Part shown: positions 6,801 through 7,488 of the stretch, piece by piece | Layout: the number at the start of each line of letters is the position of its first letter | Numbering within the stretch: position 1 is the stretch's first letter | Source of the DNA: Azolla caroliniana | Taxonomy: Eukaryota; Plantae; Polypodiophyta | Reading direction: 5' to 3' | Assembly: GCA_043228905.1 (NCBI GenBank) | Contig: JBHGNT010001487.1 | Span: 1-7,488 of the forward strand | Length of the DNA stretch: 7,488 bases | Position numbers and translations under genes: made by a program | The notes under the pieces: model-generated | The model's input: the letters and a program-made list of their open reading frames with translations, nothing else | What the model was told of the DNA's origin: nothing | Databases searched by the model: none

Positions 6801-7488
6801 GGACTATAGAGAGCATAACACAGACACACGGGTCAACTTTGAAGTGCAGTTAACTGAGTGCAACATGGCTATGGCACTTGCCGAGGGTATACCCAAGAAG
6901 TTCAAGCTAAAGACGTCAATAAGTACAAGCAATATGCATCTATTTGATTCTCGTGGTGTCATCCAAAAATATGGAACTCCAGAACAAAGTATCCTATTAT
7001 TTTCTTCACATTTGATTGTTTTTAATGTATTGGAAGTCTTGTTTCCGTCTGATTACACTGTGAGCACGATTTCCTTGACTAAAGCACAGTATTAGAGACG
7101 TTTTTCTCCATCCGTTTCGATCTGTATGTGAAGCGAAAAGAAATTCAGCTTGAGCATCTGCAGCTGGAGCTTCTTAAGCTTGATAACAAGGTGCGATTTG
7201 TACTGGGTGTGGTGAAAGGAGAGATTATCGTGAATAATAGAAGGCGAGCTGAGCTTCTGATAGAGTTGAAGATCAATGGATTCACTCCATTTCCAAAGAA
7301 ATCAAAGAAGTCTGAACCAATGGTAGCTGGCACTGAAAATCTTGAAACGGAAGAAGTAAATGATTCAGAAGAGATGGTAATGACAGGGGTGAAAGCTGCT
7401 GATTATGAATACCTACTATCCATGACAATAGGGAGCTTAACCTTGGAGAAAGTGCAAAATTTGTGCAATGAAAGAGACAAGTTAGAGG
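806..7488 (+). CDS. TOP2: DNA topoisomerase II (type IIA, eukaryotic), multi-exon gene, 3'-truncated by the window edge; one unresolved 1-nt phase conflict at intron 5
   Basis: Spliced translation shows ordered TOP2 motifs: [49 protein letters not shown](Q)[69 protein letters not shown]. There are 16 AT-rich introns with GT(GC)-AG ends, and phases are consistent at 15 of 16 junctions. Confidence 0.97.
925..1193 (+). repeat. Degenerate pyrimidine-rich tandem repeat in intron 1, about 2.5 units of ~100-116 bp
   Basis: Units start at 925, 1041 and 1139 (ttgt(t)cat-c-tt-ctttt-cttc..aat-ca-tc-tctttc...ctaatcgt). The first two continue tcagg(a/t)taca-tg-tcttc-aaattc. Confidence 0.8.
1320..1413 (+). 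repeat. 26-bp direct repeat in intron 1
   Basis: tattcttcttg(c/a)atgaatatcattac at 1320-1345 and 1388-1413, one mismatch. Confidence 0.8.
1726..2062 (+). repeat. Three dispersed ~45-bp degenerate direct repeats in intron 1
   Basis: tcttcaacgatctttgc(t)cagaa... at 1726 and 1819, and aagatctttgctcagaa...cat...gaaatcatt at ~2019. Confidence 0.75.
2308..2901 (+). CDS. TOP2: TOP2 exon 2, GHKL ATPase domain
   Basis: Acceptor ttcttcttatttAG at 2306-2307. Encodes ASKSK...[15 protein letters not shown]...EILVNAADN...[15 protein letters not shown]...KRYKQ. Donor CAA|GTAGAT. Confidence 0.93.
2999..3291 (+). CDS. TOP2: TOP2 exon 3
   Basis: aacAG|GTTTTC; VFRNNMS...[13 protein letters not shown]...EPLP; donor AG|GTTTGA in phase 2. 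Confidence 0.93.
3585..3651 (+). CDS. TOP2: TOP2 exon 4
   Basis: tcAG|G; (R)[22 protein letters not shown]; donor CAA|GTATAT. Confidence 0.9.
3724..3994 (+). CDS. TOP2: TOP2 exon 5, transducer domain (3' end is 3994 or 3995, see findings)
   Basis: ttttaAG|GTG; [16 protein letters not shown]...[15 protein letters not shown]...[14 protein letters not shown]. Confidence 0.9.
4089..4288 (+). CDS. TOP2: TOP2 exon 6, start of TOPRIM domain
   Basis: tacAG|TG; (V)[17 protein letters not shown]...[10 protein letters not shown]...[13 protein letters not shown]; donor GCT|GTATGT. Confidence 0.9.
4389..4598 (+). CDS. TOP2: TOP2 exon 7, TOPRIM
   Basis: tgcAG|ATG; [28 protein letters not shown]...[12 protein letters not shown]; donor CAG|GTGTGT. 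Confidence 0.94.
4668..4781 (+). CDS. TOP2: TOP2 exon 8, TOPRIM DxD motif
   Basis: tgcAG|GAT; [38 protein letters not shown]; donor AAG|GTCTGT. Confidence 0.94.
4785..4832 (+). repeat. 19-bp direct repeat inside the 68-nt intron 8
   Basis: tgtttca(a/g)acctctaatct at 4785-4803 and 4814-4832. Confidence 0.8.
4850..4960 (+). CDS. TOP2: TOP2 exon 9
   Basis: ttcAG|GCT; [21 protein letters not shown]...WSMKYYK; donor AAG|GTTGCT. Confidence 0.93.
5212..5376 (+). CDS. TOP2: TOP2 exon 10
   Basis: tatAG|GGT; [14 protein letters not shown]...[19 protein letters not shown]; donor GAA|GTACGA. Confidence 0.93.
5455..5640 (+). CDS. TOP2: TOP2 exon 11
   Basis: gtAG|CCT; PGTYLDQ...[40 protein letters not shown]...AK; donor AAG|GTATTG. 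Confidence 0.94.
5717..5872 (+). CDS. TOP2: TOP2 exon 12, winged-helix domain
   Basis: ttcAG|GTA; [21 protein letters not shown]...[14 protein letters not shown]...GQFGTRTQ; donor CAG|GTAAAA. Confidence 0.94.
5980..6113 (+). CDS. TOP2: TOP2 exon 13, containing the catalytic tyrosine (TAT 6007-6009)
   Basis: cacAG|GGT; [13 protein letters not shown]...EDGQSIEPI(W); donor TG|GCAAGT. Confidence 0.92.
6114..6202 (+). other. GC-AG intron
   Basis: Only TG|GCAAGT...ccAG|G rebuilds the conserved EPxWY codons. The GT at 6118 would be out of phase with the acceptor. Confidence 0.85.
6203..6371 (+). CDS. TOP2: TOP2 exon 14
   Basis: tccAG|G; (W)[32 protein letters not shown]...PWYKGFQ; donor CAG|GTAATC. 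Confidence 0.94.
6445..6633 (+). CDS. TOP2: TOP2 exon 15, tower region
   Basis: tccAG|GGA; GSIEL...[20 protein letters not shown]...EPFVK; donor AAG|GTAGCT. Confidence 0.93.
6802..6988 (+). CDS. TOP2: TOP2 exon 16
   Basis: tgtAG|GAC; [15 protein letters not shown]...[30 protein letters not shown]; donor A|GTATCC in phase 1. Confidence 0.92.
6989..7089 (+). other. U12-type (minor spliceosome) GT-AG intron
   Basis: 5' end GTATCCTAT (U12 consensus RTATCCTT). Branch site TTTCCTTGAC at 7070-7079 (consensus TTCCTTRAC), 10 nt from the intron end. No polypyrimidine tract before CAG. Phase 1. Confidence 0.8.
7090..7488 (+). CDS. TOP2: TOP2 exon 17 (partial), coiled-coil/C-gate region
   Basis: cacAG|TA; (I)[17 protein letters not shown]...[26 protein letters not shown]...[19 protein letters not shown]; frame is open to the window end. 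Confidence 0.92.

Noticed and set aside
2338-7095. Reading the + strand ORF fragments as a bacterial operon or split gyrase/topo IV genes (AGGAGG at 2328-2333 before a GTG looks like a Shine-Dalgarno site)
   Set aside because: Fragments are joined by spliceosomal introns into one eukaryotic TOP2. AGGAGG falls within coding sequence (Ser-Gly-Gly).
2593-7333. Minus-strand ORFs at 2593-2790, 3081-3386, 5472-5654, 5790-5975, 6159-6398 and 7145-7333
   Set aside because: Antisense shadows of TOP2 exons with no independent coding signal.

Overview
Land-plant (eukaryotic) genomic DNA containing the promoter and first 17 coding exons of a nuclear type IIA DNA topoisomerase gene (TOP2) on the + strand, running off the right edge before the C-terminal domain. 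My hand-spliced model (806-874, 2308-2901, 2999-3291, 3585-3651, 3724-3994/5, 4089-4288, 4389-4598, 4668-4781, 4850-4960, 5212-5376, 5455-5640, 5717-5872, 5980-6113, 6203-6371, 6445-6633, 6802-6988, 7090->7488) gives about 1170 aa, covering the GHKL ATPase, transducer, TOPRIM, winged-helix (catalytic Tyr) and tower/coiled-coil regions. The ORF-track entries are exon fragments or noise. Unusual points: (1) a 1-nt phase conflict at the exon 5/6 junction (A6-GGG-T run); (2) the drug-contacting PLRGK motif reads PLQGK; (3) intron 16 looks like a minor-spliceosome (U12) intron; (4) intron 13 is GC-AG; (5) a small distant first exon adds an NLS-like N-terminal extension; (6) the promoter has a cluster of CHR-like TTTGAA and MSA-like AACGG motifs; (7) intron 1 is built partly from degenerate local repeats. 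I see no evidence of a wholly new multi-gene system. The main open question is whether this copy is a functional variant or a decaying or mis-sequenced paralog.
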